Shown here: positions 1-7,477 of the stretch, piece by piece
How positions within the stretch are numbered: the stretch's first letter is position 1
Layout of the letters: each line of letters begins with the position of its first letter
NCBI GenBank assembly: GCA_964473925.1
Contig: CAYYVW010000002.1
Coordinates: 54,206-118,205 of the forward strand
DNA: 64,000 nucleotides
Source of the DNA: an uncultured Verrucomicrobiaceae bacterium
Lineage (GTDB): Bacteria; Verrucomicrobiota; Verrucomicrobiia; Methylacidiphilales; CAYYVW01
Reading direction: 5' to 3'
Made by a program: the position numbers and the translations under genes
The notes under the pieces: generated by a model
Seen by the model: the letters and a program-made list of their open reading frames with translations, nothing else
Database searches by the model: none
What the model was told of the DNA's origin: nothing

Positions 1-853
1 TCAGATCGTTCACCGAAAAGTGCGCCGCCAAGTGCGCGTCCGTTGACGGATCCCATTCGCGCGTATCGATCCCGTTGAGGATCCCAATAAAATCTCGGCT
101 GCGGTTGTTCAGATACGGCGCCAACCCCCAGCCGCCCTCGGGCGTGCGGATTTCCTGGGCGTGCGTCGGCGAGACAGTCGTGATCGCATCAGCAAAATGG
201 ATTCCACCTTTGAGCAGGTTCGTCCCGCCGTGATCCTCAAACGCATCTGGGCTGAAGTGCTCCGCTCCGATTCCGAGGAACGAAAACGCGCTCGGTCCGT
301 ACTTCCCTTGGTAGCCGATGTTGTGGATCGTGAGTACCGTCGCAGTCGCCGAGAGCGGCGAGCCCCATTTATCCCACGTCTTGAGCAGCGCCGCGGTCGG
401 TGCCGTCTGCCAATCATGCAAGTGCATGACGTGGGGGATCCACGCGCGATCCTTGCAAAGCTGCAGCGCCGTCTTGCAGAGCAACGCAAAGCGCTGCGGA
501 TTGTCCGCATAATCGACGCCGTGCTCATTGTAGGTTCCCGGCCGGCCGAAAAAGCCGTCGTGCTCGAGCAGCCAAACCGGCACGCGGCCGCCCAGCGTCG
601 TCTCCCGCACGCCGACCCAGCATTCCGCGTTACCGCCCATGTGAACGCACGCCGCCGTCGCCGGGCCCACGCCAAAGCGCTGCCGGTCGATCGAGCCGTA
701 GAGCGGCAGCAGGATGCGCACGTCGTGCCCGCGCGCCGCCAGCGCCTGCGAAAGTCCTGCGACCATATCGCCCAGCCCGCCCGTCTTCGCCAGCGGCGAA
801 CATTCCGACGCGACCATCAGGATGCGCAGCGGCGTTACGGAATCGATCTTCAT
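1..853 (-). CDS. glgA: Glycogen (starch) synthase, N-terminal part; gene continues beyond the left window edge
   Basis: Absent from the ORF track because it is truncated. My minus-strand translation from the ATG at 853-851 reads MKIDSVTPLRILMVASECSPLAKTGGLGDMVAGLSQALAARGHDVRILLPLYG...HDWQTA...IHNIGYQG, including the KTGGL motif of GlgA-type GT5 enzymes. Confidence 0.85.
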   Translation of the reverse strand, partial: MKIDSVTPLRILMVASECSPLAKTGGLGDMVAGLSQALAARGHDVRILLPLYGSIDRQRFGVGPATAACVHMGGNAECWVGVRETTLGGRVPVWLLEHDGFFGRPGTYNEHGVDYADNPQRFALLCKTALQLCKDRAWIPHVMHLHDWQTAPTAALLKTWDKWGSPLSATATVLTIHNIGYQGKYGPSAFSFLGIGAEHFSPDAFEDHGGTNLLKGGIHFADAITTVSPTHAQEIRTPEGGWGLAPYLNNRSRDFIGILNGIDTREWDPSTDAHLAAHFSVNDL

Positions 854-875
854 GAAGATGCCTTAGAAATAAATT

Positions 876-1649
876 CTACACCTCAATCACCGCGCGGCTG
901 CGGGAATAGAGCGCCGCGACGTCGGCAGGCGTGGCGCGCGTGAAGGGGAGGGCGGCGTGCTCGAGCACGTCCACATCGCCAAACTGCGCGTCGAGGAGCA
1001 CAGGCCGCCCCCATCCGGCGATGATCGGGCGGTAGCGTGTGAAGTTGTCGTCATCCATTAAATCGTCTGGCTCATCGAGCAAGCAGTAGCCGGCAGGTCC
1101 GAGCAGGAGCAAGTCCACGTCCGTCTTTTTCCACGCACCGACGCCGGCGGCGATGCGGATCCCCTCGGCCGCGCGGGCGCTCGTGCGCGGATCGGTTGAA
1201 ATGACCACCAGCGTCCTGGGCAAACTTCCCGCAGGAGTCGTGGTGGGCAGCGGCGCGAGCGACGCATCGGCTGAAGAAAACATCGCGCTGCGCGCCCCAC
1301 CTGTTTTTTCTACCGACGGCGCGTCGCCAAACGCGATGAAGCGGTCCGTGCTAGCGATCATATCCGCGAGCACCGTCAGCCCCGAGTAGGCCGCCGCGTT
1401 GTCCATCGGCATCCCGCGCCGCTGCGCGCCGTACGCGCACGCGAAAAGATGAAAGCCAGGCCGGCCCTGCAGCGCCTGCACGCGCGGGTGGTGTACGCAC
1501 CGCACCCCCTCATCAATCGCGTAGCAGTAGACGCTCGCGCCGCGGGCCAGGGCGGCCTGGATTGCCCCCAGCGCCGGGTCAAAGTTCGGGTGGTCGGGGC
1601 CGGTGGTGAGCAAAAGGCCCAGTTTTTCGGCGGGCAGGGCAGGACTCAT
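876..1649 (-). CDS. Two-domain DsrE/DsrF-like (sulfur-relay fold) family protein, function uncertain
   Basis: 257-aa ORF. The N-terminal part (LGLLLTTGPDHP...VYCYAIDEGV...FACAYGAQRRG) and the C-terminal part (TLVVISTDP...IRIAAGVGAW) each resemble DsrE/DsrF/DsrH-type small domains. Assignment is from memory of the family only. Confidence 0.5.
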   Translation of the reverse strand: MSPALPAEKLGLLLTTGPDHPNFDPALGAIQAALARGASVYCYAIDEGVRCVHHPRVQALQGRPGFHLFACAYGAQRRGMPMDNAAAYSGLTVLADMIASTDRFIAFGDAPSVEKTGGARSAMFSSADASLAPLPTTTPAGSLPRTLVVISTDPRTSARAAEGIRIAAGVGAWKKTDVDLLLLGPAGYCLLDEPDDLMDDDNFTRYRPIIAGWGRPVLLDAQFGDVDVLEHAALPFTRATPADVAALYSRSRAVIEV

Positions 1650-1752
1650 GGGCAGAGCACCCTAGCATGCCCCCCCTCAAAAATCGACCGGCTAAAAAAA
1701 GACCGCAACCTCAGGTGGACAAACCCCGCCCCCTGCGGCATGGGGAGGGATT

Positions 1753-2175
1753 ATGAGCGCTAACGTCAGCCCCTCCGCTTCGCATATTCCCAAGTATCAC
1801 CCGGCAGCCCATGGTCAGCGCTTTGGAACCTTTTCTGGCTTTGGTGTTAATCCAAATAACCCTCCCCAGCACATCTGCACAGCTCCGTCTTACCTAGCTC
1901 GCTTGGCACTAAGAACTGCAGCCGCCCAGGCACGTTGGGAAACGCTTCCGGGGACCCGCCAAGATGGGGCAGTGTTTCAACAGCTTGCTGATCGACTTGT
2001 TCAAACTGCAGCGGTCGTACTTCCCGCCGACCTTCCTACGGCCGGCATCCTACGCGGAGTTGCTGGCGCTGAACGCGCCTTGCCGCATGTGGTGGAGGCT
2101 GCTGAGTTGCTGCGCCGAGTAGGCGCTCCTGTAGAAGGGGTCCCAAGGCCCTTAGCCTTAGAAGTCGGGCCTTAA
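1753..2175 (+). CDS. Hypothetical protein (weak call)
   Basis: It is the only sizeable ORF in the 1650-2237 gap. Its codons end in A/T much more often than in neighbouring genes, so it is either foreign or non-coding. I recognise no motif. Confidence 0.25.
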   Translation: MSANVSPSASHIPKYHPAAHGQRFGTFSGFGVNPNNPPQHICTAPSYLARLALRTAAAQARWETLPGTRQDGAVFQQLADRLVQTAAVVLPADLPTAGILRGVAGAERALPHVVEAAELLRRVGAPVEGVPRPLALEVGP

Positions 2176-2237
2176 TACGTCCGCCCAAAGCGGCTTCTTA
2201 AAAAGAGGCGACGCAAAAAATGCGCGCCGCTTTGCGC

Positions 2238-2501
2238 TTATACCAACCCCGCCTCTTTAAGCACAACATACGCGCCGCGCTTGGCGATAGTCTTGAGCGC
2301 GCGCGCCGTCATCTTGACGGTAACATACCGTCCTAATTCGGGCACATAGAGCCTCACTTGACGCAAGTTGGGCAAAAAGACGCGCTTGGTGTTGGCCGTT
2401 ACGTGCGTGCCGATGCCGCCCTTTTTCTTGGCTTTACCGCTGCGCAGGATGTGATGGCCTCTGGAGGGTTTGGCTCCGGTGATTTGACAAAGGCGGGACA
2501 T
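2238..2501 (-). CDS. rpmB: 50S ribosomal protein L28
   Basis: MSRLCQITGAKPSRGHHI...RVFLPNLRQVRLYVPELGRYVTVKMTARALKTI matches the L28 signature (MSRxCxxTGK...FLPNL). It has a single Cys. Confidence 0.9.
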   Translation of the reverse strand: MSRLCQITGAKPSRGHHILRSGKAKKKGGIGTHVTANTKRVFLPNLRQVRLYVPELGRYVTVKMTARALKTIAKRGAYVVLKEAGLV

Positions 2502-2534
2502 AAAATTGCGTTCCTTATGGAAGAATGGGTGGGG

Positions 2535-2771
2535 CTATTTGAAAAGCAAGAGCGTGCGCGCTTGCTTGATTGCGCGTGTGAGCTTGCGGTGATTTTTTGC
2601 CGTCATGCCCGTGATGCGGCGAGAGAGGATGTTGCCCTGCTCGGTCGCGAAGGACTTGAGGTATTCGGAATTGTCGGCACGAACTGCGGACATGTTGACG
2701 TCGAGGCGGCGCTTGCTGGTATTGCGGCCAAAGCGGCGCCGGCGAATATTCTTTTTGGGTTTGGGAGGCAT
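2535..2771 (-). CDS. rpsR: 30S ribosomal protein S18 (Cys-free form)
   Basis: ...[40 protein letters not shown] matches the S18 core (GKIxxRRxTG...QRxLxxAIKxAR). It has no cysteine. It sits next to rpmB rather than in the usual rpsF-ssb-rpsR-rplI context. Confidence 0.85.
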   Translation of the reverse strand: MPPKPKKNIRRRRFGRNTSKRRLDVNMSAVRADNSEYLKSFATEQGNILSRRITGMTAKNHRKLTRAIKQARTLLLFK

Positions 2772-2831
2772 AACAGGATGATTATTGCAGGGGTGGTATT
2801 AAATTAGCAAGTGGGGGAACGCTGGGGGCGG

Positions 2832-3737
2832 TTATTCGGTTTCCGCCTCTTCCTCTGAGTCGGAATCTTTCTCGCGCTTACGGGGCGTTTCTTCTTCGTC
2901 GGAATCATCGTCTTCCTCGTCCGCTTCGGCCACATCCATGAACTGCGGGGAAGTATCCCACCGGCGGCGGCCGCGGTTGTCGCGCTCCATTTGCGCCTGG
3001 CATTCCAGCGTGAAACGGGCAAACGGGATTGCCTCGAGTCGCGTCACGGGGATGAGCTTTTGCGACATTTCGCAGACGCCGTAGGTGCCTTGCTCAATGC
3101 GCTTGAGGGCTTCTTCGACCTCGTAAAGCGCATCTTGCTCCTGCGACAGGAGGCTCAAGGCAAAATCTTTTTCGTACGCTTCGCTGCCCGCATCGGCCTG
3201 GTGCATACCAAACGCCGAGGCAGCGCTGCCCTCGGGACGGGAGCGCAGGTTGTCTTGCGCCACACCCTGCATCTGATCGAGCAAGTGGTCGCGCAGCTCG
3301 AGCAGGCGCTGCTTTTGCTTCTGCAAGAACGCCTTACGGGCAGCGTTCATCGGCAGCTTCATCGGAGCCGGAGCGTTTTCAGGGATAATGATACGGCGGC
3401 CTACCTGAGCGGAAGCGTGTGCATTCTTTCCTTTTCCTGCCGGAACCGACCCAAACTTGCGAAAGGGCGGGAGCGCCGGAAGGATGGTGATGCCCAGAGG
3501 GGTTGTCTTCTTGCGTCCTTTGGAAGAGGAGGAAGCGCTGGCACGGGACTTGGGCTTGGCTTTCGCCTTCACCTTAACGCTGCGCTGCGGCTTGCGGGCA
3601 GGCTTCGCCTTAGTCCGAACGGGGCGCTTGGCGCGCGCCGGCTTGGACTTGGCGGATGCTTTAGGCCGGGGTTGAGAAGTCCGTCCAGAACCCGAGCGGG
3701 ACGACTTCGCCCGGGAGCGCTTGGCTTTGGGCGGCAT
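2832..3737 (-). CDS. DksA/TraR-family protein with a lysine/alanine/proline-rich basic N-terminal extension and an acidic C-terminal tail
   Basis: Core: ...LLELRDHLLDQMQG...SAFGMHQADAGSEAYEKDFALSLLSQEQDALYEVEEALKRIEQGTYGVCEMSQKLIPVTRLEAIPFARFTLECQ. I trimmed the start to the ATG at 3737 (MPPKAKRSRAK...); the ORF extends to 3776. Only 2 of the 4 canonical zinc-finger Cys are present (C-E-M-S ... T-L-E-C). Confidence 0.8.
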   Translation of the reverse strand: MPPKAKRSRAKSSRSGSGRTSQPRPKASAKSKPARAKRPVRTKAKPARKPQRSVKVKAKAKPKSRASASSSSKGRKKTTPLGITILPALPPFRKFGSVPAGKGKNAHASAQVGRRIIIPENAPAPMKLPMNAARKAFLQKQKQRLLELRDHLLDQMQGVAQDNLRSRPEGSAASAFGMHQADAGSEAYEKDFALSLLSQEQDALYEVEEALKRIEQGTYGVCEMSQKLIPVTRLEAIPFARFTLECQAQMERDNRGRRRWDTSPQFMDVAEADEEDDDSDEEETPRKREKDSDSEEEAETE

Positions 3738-3839
3738 AGGAGCCGGGATACATAGCCAAGGGGGGCGCATTTGCAATCATAAAATACAGGCCGAGGTGTA
3801 AAAACCCGTTGAGGGCCGTTCCGCGGGCGGCTTCCCCGA

Positions 3840-4748
3840 CTAGGACTTACCGCCGCCCCACCGAGCCAGCGAGGCCTCGTGGAAGTGCTGCCGCCGGGTC
3901 CGCCAGCGGCTTGCAACGCCATAACGGGGGCTCACGATGCAGCTAATCAAAAAGGCACTGCCCAAGAGCAGAACGATGCAGGCGCCCGGAGGGATGTCCG
4001 TCCAGTAAGAGAGGAGCAGCCCGCCGCACGCCCCGAGCGCGCCCAGAGCCCCGCCTCCCCAGCACAGGCTGCGTGGGTCATTCGAATAGAGAAGAACTGT
4101 CGCTGCCGGGGCAATCAGCAAACTCAGCGCGAGGATGACGCCGACGGCCTGCAACGCCGTGAGCATGCACAGCACCAGCACCGTCACCAGTACTGCCCCC
4201 AGCGCGCCCACCGGGACTCCCTGGCTTTTCGCGGTCGCAGGCTCCAGCAGCATGAGCAGCAGCGGCCGCTGGAGCGTGATGAGCGTCGCGAGCGCCGCAA
4301 AGCTGATCGCATAGCACGTCCACAAATCCGCGTCCTGCACGCCGAGCACGTTGCCAAAAAGATAATGGCCCAGCTCGATCTGCCCCGGCGCGCGCGCGAC
4401 GAGCGCCAGGCCCAGCGCGAAAACCGTGGTAAAGAGAACTCCGATGGCAATTTCCTCCTTCACCCGGCCGCCCGCGCCAATCAAGACGCCGCCCAGCGCG
4501 ACGAGCAGTGCTGCAACGAGTCCACCAGCGAGAAGTCCCAGCGGGGCCAGACCAAAGAGCATCCAGCCGACGACGACTCCGGGGAAAAGCGTGTGCGCCA
4601 GCGCATCTGTCAGCAGCGCCATCCGCCGCAGCACGACATAGGCGCTCAAGAAGCCGTTCGTAAATCCAACCAGCGCGCAGACCAGCAGCGCACGCTGCAG
4701 AAACTCGTGATGGAGCGGTTCGAGGAGCCAGTTCATTTTATAAAACAT
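3840..4748 (-). CDS. Metal (Zn/Mn-type) ABC transporter permease, ZnuB/TroC family
   Basis: Polytopic membrane protein: ...FLQRALLVCALVGFTNGFLSAYVVLRRMALLTDALAHTLFPGVVVG... is typical of ABC-3 permeases. Start set at the ATG at 4748 (MFYKMNW). An alternative ATG at 4736 lies just past the ATPase stop. Confidence 0.85.
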   Translation of the reverse strand: MFYKMNWLLEPLHHEFLQRALLVCALVGFTNGFLSAYVVLRRMALLTDALAHTLFPGVVVGWMLFGLAPLGLLAGGLVAALLVALGGVLIGAGGRVKEEIAIGVLFTTVFALGLALVARAPGQIELGHYLFGNVLGVQDADLWTCYAISFAALATLITLQRPLLLMLLEPATAKSQGVPVGALGAVLVTVLVLCMLTALQAVGVILALSLLIAPAATVLLYSNDPRSLCWGGGALGALGACGGLLLSYWTDIPPGACIVLLLGSAFLISCIVSPRYGVASRWRTRRQHFHEASLARWGGGKS

Positions 4749-5487
4749 GTTGCGGCATCGTGCCGGAGAAGACGGGCGTGCCGAATGCGCGCGCAAGTTG
4801 CTCGGAGCCGAGCGCTTCTGCTGGCGCTCCAAATGCGATCAGCTCGCCATTGAGCAACGCCGCCGCGTCAAAATGCGCGCGGACGCGGTCCAGGTTATGC
4901 TCGGCCGCAATGATCAAATGCCCCGCCTTGGCCAAGTCGCGCAGCATCTTCTCGAGCTGCTCCTGCGTGGGTCGATCGAGCCCGGTGAACGGCTCATCCA
5001 ACAAAAGAACATGCGCCTGCTGCGCCAGCGCGCGCGCGATGAGCGCCCGCTGTTGCTGCCCGCCCGAGAGAGCGCCGATCGGACGCCGTGCGAAGTCGGC
5101 AATCCCAACCGCGGCCAGCGCGCGATCGACCGCCGCGGCGTCCTCCGCTCCGAACGCTCGCCACGCGCCCAGGTGCGCGTACCGGCCCGTCTCCACCAAT
5201 CCGCGAACAGTGATCGGAAAGTCCCAATCCAACGCCCCACGTTGCGGTAGATACGCAAACGCCGCCTGGCCTGCGCGCGCTGGGCGGCCGTGGAAGAAAA
5301 TGCTCCCCGTCTCATGCGCAGCCAGTCCCGCAATGGCTTTGAGCAGCGTCGACTTGCCCGCTCCGTTGGGCCCTACAAGCGCGACCATCCGGCCGCATCT
5401 CGTTCGCAGGCTGACATGGTGAATCGCCGGAACCCGGTCGTAGCTGACCGTCAGATCCTCGATTACCAGCTCATGCGAATCGGTCAC
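4738..5487 (-). CDS. Metal ABC transporter ATP-binding protein, ZnuC/TroB family
   Basis: Walker A GPNGAGKST, signature LSGGQQQR, Walker B LLLDEP. The track ORF runs to 5589, but a GTG at 5487 overlaps the stop of the upstream small ORF as GTGA, and the extra N-terminal 34 aa are low-complexity. Confidence 0.85.
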   Translation of the reverse strand: MTDSHELVIEDLTVSYDRVPAIHHVSLRTRCGRMVALVGPNGAGKSTLLKAIAGLAAHETGSIFFHGRPARAGQAAFAYLPQRGALDWDFPITVRGLVETGRYAHLGAWRAFGAEDAAAVDRALAAVGIADFARRPIGALSGGQQQRALIARALAQQAHVLLLDEPFTGLDRPTQEQLEKMLRDLAKAGHLIIAAEHNLDRVRAHFDAAALLNGELIAFGAPAEALGSEQLARAFGTPVFSGTMPQHVL

Positions 5488-5675
5488 GGCGCGGCTCCTT
5501 TCGAGCGTTGTTCCGAAGGCGACGCCGCGACCGCCGGCGCCGGGTCCGGGGCGGGAGCCAGCTGCCGCGTCAGCCGCGTCACCGGCCACAAAAGCGCCGC
5601 AAAGACCAAGGCCAGAAGAAGGAGCTGCCGGAGGGGGTGGGAACGCATCGACCAGGAGTGTAGAGCTTGCCCCAC
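5484..5675 (-). CDS. Small predicted membrane protein, translationally coupled to the ABC ATPase
   Basis: 63-aa ORF (or 54 aa from the second Met) with one hydrophobic helix, LLLLALVFAALLWPV. Its TGA overlaps the GTG at 5487 of the ATPase gene. An A/T-rich promoter-like region lies directly upstream. Confidence 0.35.
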   Translation of the reverse strand: MGQALHSWSMRSHPLRQLLLLALVFAALLWPVTRLTRQLAPAPDPAPAVAASPSEQRSKGAAP

Positions 5676-5786
5676 AAGAAAAAACAGAAAATCCTCCCCT
5701 TAAAAATAAACATTAAATCTTTGCCAATCAGGTAGACGAATCGAAGAAGCGAGGATAATGAGAAGAAATCATCCAAAAGGAAAAAT

Positions 5787-6269
5787 ATGTCTACCTCTAT
5801 AAAATTTGCCCTTCCGTCCCCCGAAGCTTGCGAAGTTGGCGGCGAAGCAACCACAGGCGCCGATCCCAATGGAAACACCCTAAAGCTTGAAGGCTCGTTT
5901 ACAGAGCGCGCTGCAGTCGCCGTCGGCGTTCTGCTTGTATTACAAGGTAACGACGGTGGACTGGACAAAGTACCGGATCGGAATTTGTGCGGCGCCCTGG
6001 GCATAGCTACTGTTGCTCTTATGGAGGGGGCGCTTTTGGATCGTGCTGCGATCTTCTCACGCTTATTACAAATTAAGCCCGGCCTGCCAAAGGACACAGC
6101 GGCGAGATATATCGGGTTGGCGGATGCCTTGGAAAGGGGTCCTGCCGCTCGTCGGCTTGAGTCCATTTGCTTACACCAGCGATGCCAGGGCCAAATTACC
6201 GTAGGCCCAGAAGAAACCACAAGAATCTGCCGTGAGTTTCGCGCTCAATTCCAGCCTTCGCCAGCTTAA
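5787..6269 (+). CDS. Hypothetical Cys-containing protein on the opposite strand inside the metal-transport cluster
   Basis: 160-aa ORF preceded by an A/T-rich stretch. Its codon usage is visibly less G/C-ending than its neighbours. It has 5 Cys, including C-LHQR-C. No recognisable family. Confidence 0.35.
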   Translation: MSTSIKFALPSPEACEVGGEATTGADPNGNTLKLEGSFTERAAVAVGVLLVLQGNDGGLDKVPDRNLCGALGIATVALMEGALLDRAAIFSRLLQIKPGLPKDTAARYIGLADALERGPAARRLESICLHQRCQGQITVGPEETTRICREFRAQFQPSPA

Positions 6270-6304
6270 GCAGCAGGCGTCGAGCTCCCTACCGCACCGG
6301 GCAG

Positions 6305-7372
6305 CTAGTTTCCCTTGGCGGGATCTTCCGCCTTTCCGCCCAGAGCGATGACAATCGCGCGGACGTTGGCGCGCATCATCCCTTCGTAGGTTGTAGCGTC
6401 GCCTGTCCCGGGAGCGTCGGTGAGCAGCGCCGGGCCCACGCGGGCGCCGGTCTCGCGCGCGAGTGCTTCCAGCTGCCGCGCCTCCCCTTGCGTTTCGGGG
6501 AAGAGCGCGCGGACTTTTTCGCGCTTGATCAGCCTCACGAGCCGCGCCATTTCCCCGGCGGAGGGCTCATCCTCGCTCGTCACGCCCCACGCCGGATAAA
6601 TCACTAAGCTATATTCACGCGCGAAATACTGGAATGCGTCGTGCGAGGTGACCATGCGCCGCGCGTCCGGTGGAATCGTCTCGACCATGCCACGCACCCA
6701 TTCATCCAGCTCATGCAATCGCATCTGATACGCCGCCGCGCGCTCCTGGTACTGCCGCGCACCGGACGGGTCCGCCGCTTCGAGCGCGCCGCGCACCACA
6801 TCGACTGCCGCGATCATATTCGGGACGCTGTGCCACCAGTGTGGATCGGGCGTGTTTTCAGATGCGGAACCGAAAGGGTCTTGCGGCTCCAGGCCCGAGC
6901 TCGTGTTTTCTTCCTGCTGCGAGTTGGCCGCGGGTCCGTGCGCGCATTTTTCCGAGTGCGTATGTCCCGCGCCTTTCCGGCGGAGCGGATTACCGAACAC
7001 ATCGCCGATTTTGACGATGCGCGCGCGCGACCGGGTGGACGCCTGCCAGCGCTGCAGGCCCGGCTCCATCCCCAGGCCGAGCGCCAGAATTAGTTTGGCA
7101 TCGGCGATCTTCGCTAGGTCCGCCGACGTGGGCTCGTACTGATGCGGGTCGGAGCCGCTGCGACCGAGCGTGTGAATTTGCACGCGCGCGCCGCCGATCT
7201 CCTGTGCTAGCTCTGTCGTAAATTTAGAAAGGCTGACGACGGAAACCGGAGTCGCGTTTTGTGCGCGAACCCAGGCAGCGCTCAGCGCGAGAACAGCCGC
7301 CGCCGCCATTCCCATTCCCATTCCCATTCCCGCAGTAAAGCGAAGTGCTTTCCAAAAAAATCGTGCGGCCAT
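6305..7372 (-). CDS. Metal ABC transporter substrate-binding protein, ZnuA/TroA family, with a His/acidic loop
   Basis: ...GSDPHQYEPTSADLAKIADAKLILALGLGME... and ...PDPHWWHS... are cluster-9 SBP motifs. The internal loop RRKGAGHTHSEKCAHGPAANSQQEENTSSGLEPQD resembles ZnuA-type flexible metal-rich loops. The N-terminal signal sequence contains GMGMGMGM. Confidence 0.85.
   Translation of the reverse strand: MAARFFWKALRFTAGMGMGMGMAAAAVLALSAAWVRAQNATPVSVVSLSKFTTELAQEIGGARVQIHTLGRSGSDPHQYEPTSADLAKIADAKLILALGLGMEPGLQRWQASTRSRARIVKIGDVFGNPLRRKGAGHTHSEKCAHGPAANSQQEENTSSGLEPQDPFGSASENTPDPHWWHSVPNMIAAVDVVRGALEAADPSGARQYQERAAAYQMRLHELDEWVRGMVETIPPDARRMVTSHDAFQYFAREYSLVIYPAWGVTSEDEPSAGEMARLVRLIKREKVRALFPETQGEARQLEALARETGARVGPALLTDAPGTGDATTYEGMMRANVRAIVIALGGKAEDPAKGN
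7307..7330. repeat. Hexanucleotide microsatellite (CATTCC)x4 inside the signal-peptide region of the binding protein
   Basis: Read directly: cattcc cattcc cattcc cattcc. It encodes GMGMGMGM on the minus strand. Confidence 0.9.
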
Positions 7373-7377
7373 CGCGT

Positions 7378-7387
7378 TGTTATAACA
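7378..7387. promoter_or_regulatory. Perfect 10-bp palindrome TGTTATAACA a few nt upstream of the binding-protein start codon; candidate Zur/Fur-family box
   Basis: Read directly at 7378-7387; the start codon complement is at 7370-7372. Zur boxes in several phyla are A/T-rich palindromes containing GTTAT/ATAAC half-sites. Confidence 0.3.
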
Positions 7388-7477
7388 CAGGTTCTGCCGA
7401 AATCCGATCCCAGAGTTGTGCGAGCGTGCTCTGCGCTTCGCCCTTGCTGGAGCGTCGGGTTTGGGCTAGTGACAGGC

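Noticed and set aside
109-943. Track ORFs 109-675 (-) and 161-943 (+), of 188 and 260 aa
   Set aside because: Arg/Ala-rich nonsense translations in alternate or antisense frames of the clearly recognisable glgA reading frame. This is a typical high-G+C artefact.
1964-2122. Alternative 52-codon ORF (MGQCFNSLLIDLFKLQRSYFPP...) inside the 1753-2175 region
   Set aside because: It is short, overlaps another weak ORF and has no supporting signal. I cannot tell it apart from chance.
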